The position numbers and the translations under genes were made by a program. Below are positions 47,901 to 57,284 of a stretch of DNA of 64,000 bases, piece after piece (within the stretch, counting starts at the first letter, position 1; the number at the start of each line of letters is the position of its first letter). A model generated the notes under the pieces. It was given only the letters and a program-made list of their open reading frames with translations. It did not search any database and was not told the origin of the DNA. Source of the stretch: a virus (taxonomy: Duplodnaviria; Caudoviricetes); IMG/VR virus record IMGVR_UViG_3300031994_000025, positions 76,422-140,421 of that record; one strand, given 5' to 3'.

Positions 47901-50900
47901 GGTGTTCGTCAGGTGCTTGCCGTGCAGTGCTTCCTGTATCTTCAGCCGCTCGGTGTTATACCACTCGATAGCCTGCTCCGTGGTCTTGATGTTCTTGCGC
48001 ACGGCATCGCTGATGAACTTGGCATCCTCCGACAGCACTGCCTGCACGTCGGCACCGTTGGCCAGTGCCTTTACCCTCTCCAGCATCTCCTTGCGGCGGG
48101 CCACGAGGTCGTTGCCGTTCCAGTCCTTATAGGGCGACGTCACCTTGTTGTAGTCGCCGTAAGGGTTGGTGCCGCCACCGCCACCGCCGTTGTCGCCGCT
48201 GTCGCCAGAGGCGTCGCCTTTGATACCGGTGATACCCTCCACCTGCTTCTTTACCTTTTCAAGATCGGCATCCACCTGGGAAATATCGCTTTCCAGTTTG
48301 TTAATTTCCCTGATGTTACCCTCGAACTGGTCGATGATGGCAGGCTTCATGGCGGCAGAACCACGTTGGACTATCTGTGACTCCTGGAATCCTGCCGTTG
48401 CGCCACCCGTCACGTTGCTTGTGTATCGCTGCTGGCGGTCATACTCCTGTTTGCCGGCATTGTAGCTGCCCTGGTTCTCTTCGCGCCACTGCTGACGCTC
48501 CGTCTTCTTGTCTTCCAGTTCTATGCGCTTACGCTGCAACTCCTCTGCTTTGGCATCGAGTGCTCTTGCACGGGCCGTAGCAATAATCTGCTCGGACAGT
48601 TCCTTGTAGGCACTGGCAGCAGCCTTGGCCAGTTCGCTCTCGGTGTTCAGCTTCGAGTAGTATTCCTTATATTTAGCGTCGCCCACCATGTCTTTCAGTG
48701 CCTTCTTGCGCTCCTCCATCGACTTGGTTTGGTCCTGCGTCGCCTTGTAAAGTCGCTCCAGTTCAGCACGTTCCTTGACGCTTTCCTCTCTGGCTTTCTT
48801 CTCTACATCGGCCATCACGTCCATCTGTCGTGCCGCCGCCTTTGCCTTCTTGATGTATTCGTAGAGGGCAAATCCCAGAGCCACCACCGCCGTAGCCACA
48901 GCCGCGATGACGTTGGCCTTCATAGTCTTGTTAAACAGGCCCTGCGCCGCCGCAGCCTTGCCGCTGGCCACGGCCTGTGCCTCCGTCGCCGCTGTGTTGG
49001 CAGCCTTGGCGGCGGTGTCGCCAGCAGTAGCCACGGTCGACTTGCTGGTGGCGAAGATGTATTGATGCAAGGATATGAGTGCCGTGCCGATGGCTTTAGT
49101 CCATCCTGCCTGCCACATGCCCAGATACACCAGCGACCAGCGGAAGAACCGTCCGAGGGGGCCGTCTTCAGTAAGGAAGTCAACCAGCACTCGCAGTCCG
49201 TCGATGATGCCAGCCAGTACGCTGGTATTGTCGGCAGTCACCCAGAACTCCTCCAACTGGTTCTTCAACCGCTCCCAGCGGGCAGCCGCCGTGTCGTTCA
49301 TTTTGTTATACTCCTCCATCAGGGCGGCGTTGTCGCGGTAGGCGTCGGTGGCAGTGGTCAGTTGCTCCTCCAGCTTGTCCACGTTCTGCGACAGCAGTCC
49401 GAACACGATGCCCGCACGGGCTCCCTGCTGATTAAGGGTCTTCATCACCTCCTGCATCGACGCCGAGTTGCCCAGCATCTGCTCCACCTTGTCGGCCATG
49501 GCGTTCATACCCTCGTCTGTCGAGGTGTCAAACTGCTTCACCGAGTCGCGCAGCGCCTTGAAGATGGCCACCATCTGTTCCATCGCCGTCATACCCTTCA
49601 GCTCCTTCTCCGTCATGCCGATGGCGTTGGCCACGGCAAACGAGTTGTTCCTGATAGCGGGTATCATTCGCGACAGCGCCGTAGCTGACATCTCCACGCG
49701 ACCACCCAGTGCATCGACCGTAGCACCCAATGCGGCTATCTGGTCAATCGAAATGCCCGCCTGAGCACCCACCGCACCGACGCGGCTAACGAAGTCGGTG
49801 ATAGGTCCGGCGGCAGCAGCCGAATTGGCACGCAGGGCGATGATCGTCGAACCCACGCGCTCCAGCGTCTCACGCACGTCGCCGCCGTTCTTCTCCAGGT
49901 CGCCCGTCGCGTCGGCTATCTTCATCAGCGTGCGGGCCGCCTCCGTACCCATCTCGGGCAGGGCCACCATCAGCTGGTTGGCGGCATCGGTAAAGCCCTC
50001 CACCTGCTGCTGTGTCTTCAAACCGATACTACCGGCAATAGAACTCAGCTCCATCAGCTTCACCATCGGCGTGCGCGTATCAAGGTCTTTCAGGTTGTCC
50101 GACAGCCGCGCCACCTGGTCAGCCGTAAAGCCCGTGGTCTTCATCACCTCACCCATCTTGTCCGACAGTTCCAGCATGTCGCCCATCGTGCCCGTAATCT
50201 TCTGCCACAGTTCATTGAAGCCCATATAGAGCACCACGTAAGTTTTGATACGGCTTACGGCTTTCTCCCAGGCGGTGGCGCTGGCCTTTGCCTGCCCCTC
50301 CATCTCCTTCATCACGTTCTTGGCCTGGCGCACCTGCTCGGCGAAACGTTTGTATTCGTCGCTGTTCTGACCGAGCGACTGCTCCATCTGGCGCAGTTGT
50401 CCGTCGGCACGCTTGATGGCTGCCCGCAGCTCGTCGAGGTTGACGGCGTTGGCGGGTGTCTCGATGAGCGTCCGCATCTTCTCCTGCGACATGTTGACGT
50501 TATCCTGCTCGAACTTCAGCGAGCGCAGCTTCTTCGTCAGGTCGTCGAGTTCCTTCTCCTGAGCGTCCACGGCGTTGCCCAGGTCGCGCTCGGCTCTTAT
50601 CTGCTTGATCAGTTCCTCGCGGCGGAGTTCCAGCGCCTTGGTAGCCGCCTGTATCTCCTGCGCACTGTAGTTGAACGGCTTCTTCGAGTCGCCCGCTTTC
50701 TCGGCAAGGTCGAGGGCATCCTTCAAGTCCATCACGTCCTCGGCGGCTTTCTTTGCCGATACGCCTGCGGCTTTCAGGTAGCCGTCAATCTCGGCGATAA
50801 CGTCGGCCTGCGTCTCTTTCGGCAGCGAGTCGCGCCATGCCTTCAGGTCGGCGGCACGTTCCTTTATATCATTGTCACTGGCATCGGCATCCATGCCGCC

Positions 50901-53900
50901 ACGGAACCAGTCGAGGGCTTCCTGTCCCTGCTTGTCCACCATGCGGCGTTGCAGACGCTCCGTCTCGGCGAGGTTGTCCTGATACTGCTGCAGGTTCTCG
51001 GCGGCTGTCTTCGGGTCGTCGATGAGTTTCTGCCAGTAGGAGTGCTGTGCTTTCAAGGCGTTCACCGACACGCTGTTGTGCTGTGCCATCTGGTTGGTCA
51101 TGCCCTGCAGCTGCTGCTCCATCGTGACCACCTGCTCGCGCTGCTTCTGGGCGGCACGCTCGGTTTCCAGACCGTATTTGTTGATGTGTTCCTCGGCGGC
51201 GACAATCTTCTTTGTTAGTTCCGTGGCTTCGGTGCTACCCGACTTATACGATGCAGCCAACTGCTTGGCGGCCTCGATAGCCTCGCGAATTTCGGCGGTG
51301 CTGTAGTCTCCCAGGTTGCCGTTCAAGCGGGCGGCACGCTCCTCACGAGTGACGGATGCCTGTTGCTCCTGCAGAGCGATGGTGCGCTCCAGTTCGTAGC
51401 GGTAGCCTGCCAGGCTCTCCTTGGCGGTCTTGGGATCGTCAATGAGCCGCTGCCAGTACTGCTGCTGTGTCTTCAGCGCCGACTCCGAGAGCGACGTACC
51501 CTGGTCGAGCTGCTGGCGCATCAGTTGGTCCTGCTCCTTGCGGCGCTGGGCGGCTTCCTCCAAAGCCTGCGCCTCGCGGCGTGCGCTTCGCTCTGCCTCT
51601 ATGCCGTACTGCTTCAGGTGTTCCTCTGCATCGAGGATGGCCTGCGACAGACGCTTGGCGGCAGGACCGCCGGAGTCGTAGGTGTCGATGAGCCGACGGC
51701 CTGCCTCGATAGCGGCGCGTATCTCCTCGCCGTTCTTCTTGCTCAGGTCGCCGAACAGTGTGCGCACCTGTTGCTTGTCGGCAGTGCGGCTGCGCTCGCT
51801 CTCTATATCGTTGATGCGTTTCAAGGCTGCCTCGGCATCCTTTGCTTCGTCGGTGCCTTTACGGGCTCCGTCGGCCATAGCCTGCCAGTAGCGCTTCACC
51901 TCGGTCAGTCCGGCGGTGGAGAGGTTGTTCAGGTCGCGCATCTGCTCGTTGATGTACTGTGCCTGGGCGTTTGCCTTGCGGCGGTTCTCCTCGTTGGTGA
52001 GTGCCTTGACGGCCAGCTCGGCTTTCTTGTAGGCTGCCGATGTCTGGCTGACACCGTCACGCACGGTCTCCCAGTAGCGCTTCGTCTCGGCGAGGTCGGC
52101 GGTGGATAGCTTTTCCAGGTTGTTCAGGCGCTTGCGCATCGGGGCCTGTATCTCCTGGCGGCGTTTCTCCTCCTCCTTGGCAACCTTCTCCAGGTTGCGC
52201 TCATATTCCTTCAGTTCCGTGCTGCCGTGCTCGGCGCCGGTTATCATCCCCTGCCAGAACTTCTTCGTCTCTTGCAGGGCGTCGGCAGAGAGATTGCGGA
52301 TGTTACCCATGCGCTGGGTCATCATGTCGAGCACGGGCTGCTGCTTCAGGCGGTCGAGCTCTGCCTGATACTGGCGTATGAGTCGGGCGTTCTTGACCCA
52401 CTCCCCGTTTTCGGGCTCGATGGCGCGGTTCCTGGCTTCGAGCACCTTGATGGCCTCGGTCATGGTGTCGATGGTGAGCCGCTGTGCCTGCGCCTGCTTC
52501 TTCTCAGCCTCCAGTCGCTTCGAGGCGTTCTCGTCAATCTTCTGGTCGTATTCTGCCAACGCCTTGCGACCCTCGTCCGCTTTCTTGTTCAGTCCGTCCT
52601 GCTCGAACTCCAGCTTCTTCATCTCGTCGGTCGCCTTACCCATAGCGTCGGCATTCTTGCCGTGGGCCTGTGAGAGTTCTTCGGTCATCTGACGGGCTTC
52701 GCTGCGGTTGTTGTTGGCGCGTACCTCGGCGGCGGCGGCGTCCTCTTCCTTCTTGGCTATCTCGTCAATCTTCTGCCCGCGCTTAGCCTCCAGCTCCTGT
52801 TTCTCCTGCTCCAAGGCGATGCGCTTCCGGTCTTGCTCGCTCAGATGTTCGCCCTGCTTGGCGGCATCGCCCTCGGCCTTGGCTTCCTCTCTCACGGCCT
52901 GGGTGGCGTCCTCTACGGATTTCTTCTTGCGGCCACGGCTCTTGGTGCCTCGCTCCACGGCCTCGCTCTCCTGGTTCTGTGCATCGGTCGATTCCTGGGT
53001 CTCCTCAGTGGATATGCCCATCATGGCGGTCAGATCCTTTACCGATTTCTCCCAGAGATTCTTCAACCGGTTCTTGTCGGCTCTTGCCTTCTTGACCACG
53101 TTCTCGTTGTAGTCGTCAATCTCATCCTTCAGTTGAGCCTTGGCGAGGGCGGCGTCAGCACCGCTACTGGGCAGGCTGGCATAGCGCTGCCGCATGTCTT
53201 TCAGCTTTTTGTTAGCCTGCTCATATTCCTCGTTCATCTTGTCGAGGGCTGCCTTGCGGCGCATCACCTCTGCCTCCTGCTGTTTGATGGCATCGGTCTG
53301 ACCCTTCGTGGCCTCGGTGGCACCCTTGGCAGCGTCGGCTCCGCGACGGGTGGCATCGCTCACCTCGTCGGTGGCCTGCTTCACACCCTTGCTGACATCG
53401 ACGAGCGCCTTTGCTCGCTCGATGCGGGCGTCGTACATTTCCTTTGCATACTGGATGGTGACAGAGCCTACGTCGCCGCTAAGGTCTGCGGTGCCGCCCA
53501 TAAACATACCATCCTTGCCCTGCAGGATTTTTTTGAGCAGAGCCTTTGCGTTGGTCTTATCGTCTTTCCAGTCGTATCGCTGTTGGAAAGCAGACACCAG
53601 CGCATCCACCTGACTGCCAGCCAGCGAGAGGGAACCGTTGTCGTTCTTGACCTTGCCGATTGTTCTCATCTTCCCAATCAGGAACTGCTGCACCTCCTCC
53701 GGATCTGACATGTGCAGTTTGCCAGCCTTGTATCCCACGGTCGAAACCTTCTTGGCTTCTTCGAGGGCGGCTTTGGCTTCCTCCTGACTCATCTGGCGAA
53801 TGGCCTCGGTCTCAGACTTGATAGTCGCGATGCGCTCCTTCTGCGCGTCGGTGAGCCTAACGGTCTTCTGCGTCAGCTCTTCGGTGGCATCCGCTTGGCC

Positions 53901-55883
53901 GTTCCTCATCTTCATGGTCTGTATGGAGATGTCGCGCGACTCCTTCTCCGCCGCTTTGAGTTCTGCTTCCACGTCGGCGAGGGTGCGTTTCTTCTCTGTA
54001 TCCTCCTCCACGGCCTTCACCTCACCGTTGATAACGGCGGTCAGGTCTTTTATCTCCTTGCTGTAGGCGGCAACCTTCGGCACGTTCTCCTCGACGTTCA
54101 TGAAGAATTTATTCATGAAGCCGCTCTTTACCAGTCCACCGCCCGACATAAGTTCCCTGACGGCAGCCATTGTCTCGCCCTCTCCCTCTATGCCGTAACG
54201 CTCCTGGAACTTACTCAGCAGCTGACTGATTTTCTCCGGGCTGCTCTCGATAGACATGGTGGTCTTGCCCACGTTGGCGGGGTTGATTTCTCCCAGCGCG
54301 TCGAAGAGATACCGCTGTGCCTCTTCGCGGTTGCCTATCTGCCACTTCTCGCCCTCTTTCTTAAAGGTGGCCAGCTGCTGCTTCTGGTCGAGCATGGCCT
54401 GCGCCTGCTCCTTACTCAGGTCTTTGTAGGCGTTGGCTTCCTCCTTGACGGCAGTGGCGTTCTTCTCCTGCGTGGCAAGCATCTGCTTGCGTTCCTCGTT
54501 GAGCGCAGCTATCTTTATCTTCAGTTCGTCGTTGCGCTTTATCAGCGACTCCACTGTTACCTTTTCGTTCTCTGCAGCTTTAGCGGCAGTCTCGCCGGCC
54601 TTCACCTCTTTCTCCTTGGCAGCGATGTTTTCCTCCGTGGCTTTGGTCTCTTCCTTCTTGGCGGCGGCGGTCTGCTTGGAGGCCTGCTCTTCCTTCTTGC
54701 CTGCTTCGGCAGATTTCTCCGAAGCCTGTGCTTCTTTCTCCTTGGCAGCGCTGACCTTTTCTGCGGCTGCACCTGCGGAAGAAAAACCAGTCGAAGAGCC
54801 CATCTTGGCGAGTTCTTCATTCACTTGCTCCAGCTGGGTGTCGATGTCTTTCACCTCGCCCTTCATCGTCTCTGCGGCCTCGCGGCTGGCCTTGGCGGTC
54901 TTGTCGTAGGCATCGGCCTCCTGATTCAGTTCGTCGATAAGCTCCTGCCCGGCCTCGTAGTTCTTCTTCTCGTTGTCGATGCGTTCCTTGATACCGGCTA
55001 TCACCTTGCGCTGCTTCTCCACCTCCTTATCCTTGGCGATGGCGTTGGCAGCGTCTATCGACACCTGCTTGGCCTTCTCGTCGCGCTCGGCCTTCAGGGC
55101 AGCGATGTTCTCGGTGCGCTGTTTCACCTCCGCCTCTGCCTCCTTGCGCTGGCGGGCGGCATCCTCCACGCCCTTGTGGGTGAGCTGGCTGCTGCGCTCG
55201 CGGGCATCATTGGCATCGACGATGGCACCCTTCAGGCGTTTCTCGTCGTCGGTCTGCTGTTTGATGGCATCGTTTACCCGCGTAAGGATATGGCTGTACT
55301 CCAGCCACTCGTTGCTCATGTGGGGCAGCAGTCGCATCAGCTCCTGTATGCCGTCAGCCTCCTGCTTCAGGTCCTGCGACGATATCTTGCCGCCCTCGCC
55401 GATGCTCTGCAGCATCTGCTCGGTGCGCAGCTTATACTTCGCCAGGTTCTCCAGATTCTTCTGCTGCAGGGCGTCGAGTTCGGCCATGCTCTTCGCATAG
55501 CCCTCCGTGCCAGGCACCAGTGCCTTCTTCGCGTTCTCGGCGGCGTTGTAGGACGTTTTCTGGAAGGCGGCACTCATCTGGTCGAGCGTGCCGGCATTGA
55601 AGGCGTCGATGGCCTTTGCCAGTGCGCCGACACCCTTGGAGAGCGTTGACATGGCTGTCTCAAACGACATCAGTTTCTTTTCCTGTACGGTGAGCGTCTG
55701 CCCCAGTTTGTCGAGTTCGGACTGTGCCATACCGGTCTTTATGCCGTTGTCGATAGCGGTCTTGGTCTTCTCCACCTCAGTTCTCATGTCGTGAGCGGCC
55801 TGACGGAGAGACTCCATCGCGGGGTTCGCCTTGGCGGCGTTGGCGCGGAAGTCAATGGTAACGATTTCGTGACGTGATGCCAT
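44913..55883 (-). CDS. Tail tape measure protein (3656 aa)
   Basis: Long coiled coil; TP901-type core (VMKTTGFTADQVARLSDNL...DTRT; ALGATVDALG), TM segments, C-terminal HLVGEAGREAI. Confidence 0.92.
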   Translation of the reverse strand: MASRHEIVTIDFRANAAKANPAMESLRQAAHDMRTEVEKTKTAIDNGIKTGMAQSELDKLGQTLTVQEKKLMSFETAMSTLSKGVGALAKAIDAFNAGTLDQMSAAFQKTSYNAAENAKKALVPGTEGYAKSMAELDALQQKNLENLAKYKLRTEQMLQSIGEGGKISSQDLKQEADGIQELMRLLPHMSNEWLEYSHILTRVNDAIKQQTDDEKRLKGAIVDANDARERSSQLTHKGVEDAARQRKEAEAEVKQRTENIAALKAERDEKAKQVSIDAANAIAKDKEVEKQRKVIAGIKERIDNEKKNYEAGQELIDELNQEADAYDKTAKASREAAETMKGEVKDIDTQLEQVNEELAKMGSSTGFSSAGAAAEKVSAAKEKEAQASEKSAEAGKKEEQASKQTAAAKKEETKATEENIAAKEKEVKAGETAAKAAENEKVTVESLIKRNDELKIKIAALNEERKQMLATQEKNATAVKEEANAYKDLSKEQAQAMLDQKQQLATFKKEGEKWQIGNREEAQRYLFDALGEINPANVGKTTMSIESSPEKISQLLSKFQERYGIEGEGETMAAVRELMSGGGLVKSGFMNKFFMNVEENVPKVAAYSKEIKDLTAVINGEVKAVEEDTEKKRTLADVEAELKAAEKESRDISIQTMKMRNGQADATEELTQKTVRLTDAQKERIATIKSETEAIRQMSQEEAKAALEEAKKVSTVGYKAGKLHMSDPEEVQQFLIGKMRTIGKVKNDNGSLSLAGSQVDALVSAFQQRYDWKDDKTNAKALLKKILQGKDGMFMGGTADLSGDVGSVTIQYAKEMYDARIERAKALVDVSKGVKQATDEVSDATRRGADAAKGATEATKGQTDAIKQQEAEVMRRKAALDKMNEEYEQANKKLKDMRQRYASLPSSGADAALAKAQLKDEIDDYNENVVKKARADKNRLKNLWEKSVKDLTAMMGISTEETQESTDAQNQESEAVERGTKSRGRKKKSVEDATQAVREEAKAEGDAAKQGEHLSEQDRKRIALEQEKQELEAKRGQKIDEIAKKEEDAAAAEVRANNNRSEARQMTEELSQAHGKNADAMGKATDEMKKLEFEQDGLNKKADEGRKALAEYDQKIDENASKRLEAEKKQAQAQRLTIDTMTEAIKVLEARNRAIEPENGEWVKNARLIRQYQAELDRLKQQPVLDMMTQRMGNIRNLSADALQETKKFWQGMITGAEHGSTELKEYERNLEKVAKEEEKRRQEIQAPMRKRLNNLEKLSTADLAETKRYWETVRDGVSQTSAAYKKAELAVKALTNEENRRKANAQAQYINEQMRDLNNLSTAGLTEVKRYWQAMADGARKGTDEAKDAEAALKRINDIESERSRTADKQQVRTLFGDLSKKNGEEIRAAIEAGRRLIDTYDSGGPAAKRLSQAILDAEEHLKQYGIEAERSARREAQALEEAAQRRKEQDQLMRQQLDQGTSLSESALKTQQQYWQRLIDDPKTAKESLAGYRYELERTIALQEQQASVTREERAARLNGNLGDYSTAEIREAIEAAKQLAASYKSGSTEATELTKKIVAAEEHINKYGLETERAAQKQREQVVTMEQQLQGMTNQMAQHNSVSVNALKAQHSYWQKLIDDPKTAAENLQQYQDNLAETERLQRRMVDKQGQEALDWFRGGMDADASDNDIKERAADLKAWRDSLPKETQADVIAEIDGYLKAAGVSAKKAAEDVMDLKDALDLAEKAGDSKKPFNYSAQEIQAATKALELRREELIKQIRAERDLGNAVDAQEKELDDLTKKLRSLKFEQDNVNMSQEKMRTLIETPANAVNLDELRAAIKRADGQLRQMEQSLGQNSDEYKRFAEQVRQAKNVMKEMEGQAKASATAWEKAVSRIKTYVVLYMGFNELWQKITGTMGDMLELSDKMGEVMKTTGFTADQVARLSDNLKDLDTRTPMVKLMELSSIAGSIGLKTQQQVEGFTDAANQLMVALPEMGTEAARTLMKIADATGDLEKNGGDVRETLERVGSTIIALRANSAAAAGPITDFVSRVGAVGAQAGISIDQIAALGATVDALGGRVEMSATALSRMIPAIRNNSFAVANAIGMTEKELKGMTAMEQMVAIFKALRDSVKQFDTSTDEGMNAMADKVEQMLGNSASMQEVMKTLNQQGARAGIVFGLLSQNVDKLEEQLTTATDAYRDNAALMEEYNKMNDTAAARWERLKNQLEEFWVTADNTSVLAGIIDGLRVLVDFLTEDGPLGRFFRWSLVYLGMWQAGWTKAIGTALISLHQYIFATSKSTVATAGDTAAKAANTAATEAQAVASGKAAAAQGLFNKTMKANVIAAVATAVVALGFALYEYIKKAKAAARQMDVMADVEKKAREESVKERAELERLYKATQDQTKSMEERKKALKDMVGDAKYKEYYSKLNTESELAKAAASAYKELSEQIIATARARALDAKAEELQRKRIELEDKKTERQQWREENQGSYNAGKQEYDRQQRYTSNVTGGATAGFQESQIVQRGSAAMKPAIIDQFEGNIREINKLESDISQVDADLEKVKKQVEGITGIKGDASGDSGDNGGGGGGTNPYGDYNKVTSPYKDWNGNDLVARRKEMLERVKALANGADVQAVLSEDAKFISDAVRKNIKTTEQAIEWYNTERLKIQEALHGKHLTNTGDWQDPEKVRKRAGRVVQDEMKYYLDELDAYYTERKTRIEQARNDEEITEGEAWRRTIQNDNEWQTRRAELQLLYSRRAAKVTEDEMQAIFGIISERTGETVNYIKADIAQTNKFIVDVGKKSKAAMDRIYGDIELGAEKSYLKAAQAIGKQMKFIEDTLAKERPYDGITKNLQDNLDKMGVLAAKYRRENEELARRGKGPKYSNEQITAQSYDEMAFYLRQAADAYSIDIDELLRRMVKEGMTATAEEISKSDMLKQAVMGQLRKTYQEVQDAIKKEASQIKKDVEIIWNDDARGIGGMSMKATFDKALAQLGMQQDSVSRANSLIGAGAASDNVASRLAMKQIEVQMRMQEAQYNMYRVQAKQRMAALKAEAKEHQRIAELEKQAGHEAAAAEQRTKAMVALRDAENVRLSLGLTLAEETKKEEEQKAELLKIQEESQNRLYTSLREWADLLSSSLQGVMEASHAGDAEYYNERAKLDLTGKGGPGAGTYIVIDNEGTSDATAHYEYLDERQALERQHEIEIQNAQAEAWKKLWDDINMKMSEQITDWMNAYLQNKATEDNTAELQRLQQKLEAEQQKMDASVTATDANTQAVQGLTQQLAEGITIKQDGTQSVATGGSDFAADKQAGYPSGGGELSPAAQQQINEQNAVTENFISNKQKEVKTETEGDKKEQTSKQSMFAKMTAAANLYGVAYQAMSNDNLDMAQKFEMIALQAVGNAAIAGLQVALSSSTAETATNLPPAAAKSTAEAGPIVGPILFAALSALVGGLMGLAASKVAKSKSQIAQVTGASVGAGRLATGMLTYKKGNVNELTDPASLTPGRQYNVDGADGKTYRARYMGKGAKTHITNGPEFHLVGEAGREAIIDAKTTRQIQMDEPGIWRTIQTLYNGGSITPSRRRTGRGMPAFADGNIDDFEDMAADSGFDSGTGSGTGSGMSMEHIASLQASIDHQNELLEYLRDNPIHAIFDVYGKGGLIDSYDTGKKTVNRHGERY

Positions 55884-55919
55884 ATTTATATTTCAGTTTT
55901 TGTGTGGTCGGTGAATGAG

Positions 55920-56486
55920 TTATCTTTGGAAACGGTCGCGGGTGCTGGCCCAAAAGAGGGCGCGGTTGATGGCACCGTGAGCCTCGTAGGTGTCGCCCGC
56001 AGAGAACACCATATAGGTGAGTCCGGCAAATGCGAAGTACTTGGTGGCGTAGGCGGTGAAGAGCTTGGCCTGCGTGCGCATCTCGGCTACGACGTGCGGG
56101 CGTCCCTTCATCCGTCGGGTAGGTATGGCGATAGGTCCCCACCGCTTGTGCGGGATGGACGGCACGGGGCCGTTGTAGGGATTGCGGAAGCCGACACCGA
56201 GTTCAAGGAACTTGGCGTAGTAGATATACCGCGCCCGGAACACCTGCTCATTGCCGCCGCTGGCAGCGAACGTCTGCCAGTAGAGTGAGCGGCGCAGCTG
56301 CCCTGTGCGCTCGTTGATGACACGCTCATAGTTGCCCATCGTCCTGTCGCGGGCAATCTTAGTGAAGTTGTTGATCCATCGCATGATGTGATCATCACGC
56401 CAGTTCCACTCAAAGGCCAGCGCCTTGTCGCCGTACTTGTCGCCTTGCCAACTCGCGCCTTCAATTTCAGATATGAGGTCTGCCAT
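55920..56486 (-). CDS. Putative neck / tail-completion protein
   Basis: RTGQLRRSL...YAKFLELGVG; ATG at 56486, behind TGCCCTTG-N20-TATCTTC. Confidence 0.55.
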   Translation of the reverse strand: MADLISEIEGASWQGDKYGDKALAFEWNWRDDHIMRWINNFTKIARDRTMGNYERVINERTGQLRRSLYWQTFAASGGNEQVFRARYIYYAKFLELGVGFRNPYNGPVPSIPHKRWGPIAIPTRRMKGRPHVVAEMRTQAKLFTAYATKYFAFAGLTYMVFSAGDTYEAHGAINRALFWASTRDRFQR

Positions 56487-57092
56487 TGCTGTCTTTTTTA
56501 GGCGGAAGATAGGGAGCGGGAGGACGAAAAACAAGGGCAGAGCGCCCACAAAAAAAGCGGATGCAGCGAACCATCGCGGTCGGCTGCATCCTTACTCATA
56601 AATTATCAGACATTGCCTGCGGGCCTCGCGGCGGGCGTTGTTGGCAATATATAAAAAAACTCTATTGTTATAACTTTAAGATTGTTGTCTGTTCTTTCTC
56701 GAAGCCTTCGTGTTTCGCACATACTCCATAATGAGGCCACGGATCACCTCGTGCTTGATCAGACCCTGCATGGAGATAAGACTGGAGAACGTGTTGTAGT
56801 CGTCCTTGCACAGTTTGGTGGCAACGGTGACGAACGGTCCCTTCTGTCTGGTCCTGACGTGTACGCTGCCGTAGTTGTGGCTTCCGCGACGCCCCTGCTC
56901 GCGCTGCGACTTGCGAGCCTTTTCGAGCCTTTCCGCATTGTTTCTTATGATGTAGTCGTCGCGTTTCTTCAGGTCATACTTCTTACGATATTGGAGCGGG
57001 AAAGCCTGCGGCTTCAGCCGTTGGATGAAAGCGACCCGCCATGTTTTTTGTGAAAAGTAATTAAAATATTTTGCCATGTCAAGGGATGTTCC

Positions 57093-57100
57093 TATCTTTG
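57093..57100 (+). promoter_or_regulatory. Bacteroidota promoter for tnpB (TTTG...TATCTTTG)
   Basis: -33 TTTG at 57070-57073 and -7 TATCTTTG. Confidence 0.65.
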
Positions 57101-57284
57101 CAATGCTTAAAAGACTGTGCGGTACGAGAAGATGCCGCCAAACAGAGGTGGCATTTGTTGTATCTGCCATAGAAATATACGAACCCATTAGGGCAGTAAC
57201 CGCGTCGGGTAACGAAAACGTCCCGGTGGCTTGCACAGTCAGCCAAAGCAACGCGACGTGCTGCCCTATATTCGATACCTGCGC

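Noticed and set aside
40994-55649. Long + strand ORFs (e.g. 40994-42982, 45777-48380, 53712-55649)
   Set aside because: Antisense shadows of GC3-biased genes; L/V/G-rich with no motifs or start signals
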